DNA of 64,000 nucleotides. Source: Nymphaea colorata. Lineage: Eukaryota. Where the stretch lies: the NCBI RefSeq assembly GCF_008831285.2, contig NC_045138.2, positions 18,848,001-18,912,000 on the forward strand. Direction: 5' to 3'. A program made the translations under genes and the position numbers. Shown one piece after another: positions 62,645-64,000 of this stretch. Every line of letters starts with the position of its first letter. The stretch's first letter is position 1. The notes under the pieces were generated by a model. That model was not told where the DNA came from. It was given only the letters and a program-made list of their open reading frames with translations, and made no database searches.

Positions 62645-64000
62645 TTAGATCACAAGTCCAAGAACCACCAAGGCAAAGATGGACAAGGTAGAGAATCCAT
62701 CGTAGATCTTGTGGGCAGAGCTTGGGTTAAGGGTGACGAGTGCAGGTGGCGGCGGCGACACTGTTGTAGGGATCAGCAGCGATGGGGCTGGTGGCGACGA
62801 AGCTGGCACGCCCGCTTCAGTTGCAGTCACCGGCGGATCGGCTGTGAAAGATGGCCAAAGACAGCAAGAAAAAAATATAGTGTCAATGTTGTCTGTTTTG
62901 GAGATGCCGATACATCTGATTTAGAATCAAATGAATCAAATATGAAATTAAGCTTAGTATCTAATTAAGAAATCGGATCCAATTCACATTTATAAAAATG
63001 ATGGATTCGAACTTGGACATACATAAATATCGAATTGGATTTGGATTTGATTCATATCGGATTTAATTTTAAGTAAATATCACATTACCCCTTAGGCAAC
63101 ATGAAGAACAATTAAGCTAGTTGGTTATCAAATTATGGTGTTTAAACCCAAAGTTATGATATTTCTGAATGTAATAATTAAGATAACTAAGATCAGATCA
63201 TTAAGAAAAATTCCCCACAAGAAAGAACCAGATATGTTGGTTTCTGGTTGTCGGAGTTTACCTGGACGTGGCGGAAGAGGGGGAAGGGCTGGAGCGGGTA
63301 CGATGGTGCCTGCCAAAGAATTATACACACAAGTTACTTTGGTTGCCAACCCAGATCTGAAACTGAAACTGCTTTAATCTGATTTGATCATAGAGAAAAA
63401 AGAAAAATCAAATCTAAAACCAAACTTCGAGATCCAATTAGGACCCGTAAATATCCGACCCTTTTTACACGTAAATTTTGGATCTCAAATGAGGTCCGTA
63501 TCGAATTCAAAAAAGGTGGGATATGATTAAGTCGGATTCAGCAAAAGCTGGGCCAATTCAAATCGGAACAGTGAAACATAGCAAGAAAAGAAGAATCAAT
63601 TTTCTCTACCTGCTGGCGGAAGAGCAATCGACGTATCTGCATCAAAATAAAACACAAGCATAAAAACTTGTTAGTGACATTTATTAGTACAAAACATGTT
63701 AATGGATGTCCCTAAGCAATACTGAAAACGGAAAAGGATGTATTTGTCTAGGAACTAATACATTTGCATTGCAGCGGCACCGCCGGTATCCGGCAAGCGC
63801 GGGGGAGGGAGATGGCCAACGTCCGGTTGATGGGCACCCGAAACGGGACGTTGGCGGTTAAGAGGAGGCACAAGCATCCGGCTGAGTTGCCAACCAAGGA
63901 GGCAAGGGATTGACAGCAGTCGGCAGTCGGGGAGCTGCCATTGGCGCTGCTTCCGGTCACGTAATTCAGGCAGGGAGTGAAGCTGCTGATCATGCCCGTC
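62645..64000 (-). CDS. GPI-anchored non-specific lipid transfer protein (LTPG/xylogen-like), 5' end outside the window; exons >64000-63762, 63636-63610, 63309-63262, 62841-62645
   Basis: Eight-cysteine-motif pattern (FTPCLNYV...PTADCC...CLCLLL...LPRAC..PAVPLQC). All three introns are GT-AG and phase 1, and splicing keeps one open frame. The product has a Pro/Ser/Ala-rich linker and a hydrophobic C-terminus (FSTLSIFALVVLGLVI*) typical of a GPI signal. Confidence 0.92.

Noticed and set aside
1..64000. Calling this a proven self-incompatibility or sex-determining locus
   Set aside because: DUF247 tandem arrays are common in angiosperms. No ligand gene, expression data or genetic data are available here, so it is kept only as a hypothesis.

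Overview
AT-rich, intron-containing flowering-plant genomic DNA; the species cannot be fixed from the sequence alone. The window is dominated by a tandem array of nine DUF247 (PF03140 / UPF0481, At3g47200-like) genes and pseudogenes, which I label A-I. A is a minus-strand pseudogene running off the left edge. B is a divergent two-exon gene (3278-7041). C-I are seven closely related plus-strand copies with single-exon coding sequences: C, E and I are intact, H is broken by one 1-nt indel, and D, F and G are clear pseudogenes. C-I fall into two sequence subtypes that alternate alpha-beta-alpha-beta-alpha-beta-beta, and shared flanking blocks suggest the pair was the unit of duplication. Most copies share a non-coding first exon and a 5'-UTR intron carrying a GC-rich hairpin. 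The paralogues show patchy amino-acid hypervariability and mosaic N-termini. This recalls the paired DUF247 genes of the grass S/Z self-incompatibility loci, but I found no convincing small-peptide partner gene, so that link is a hypothesis only. The spacers hold hAT MITEs with 8-bp TSDs, two copia-type solo LTRs, LINE/copia/CACTA remnants and a PPR fragment. A four-exon GPI-anchored nsLTP gene on the minus strand runs off the right edge.
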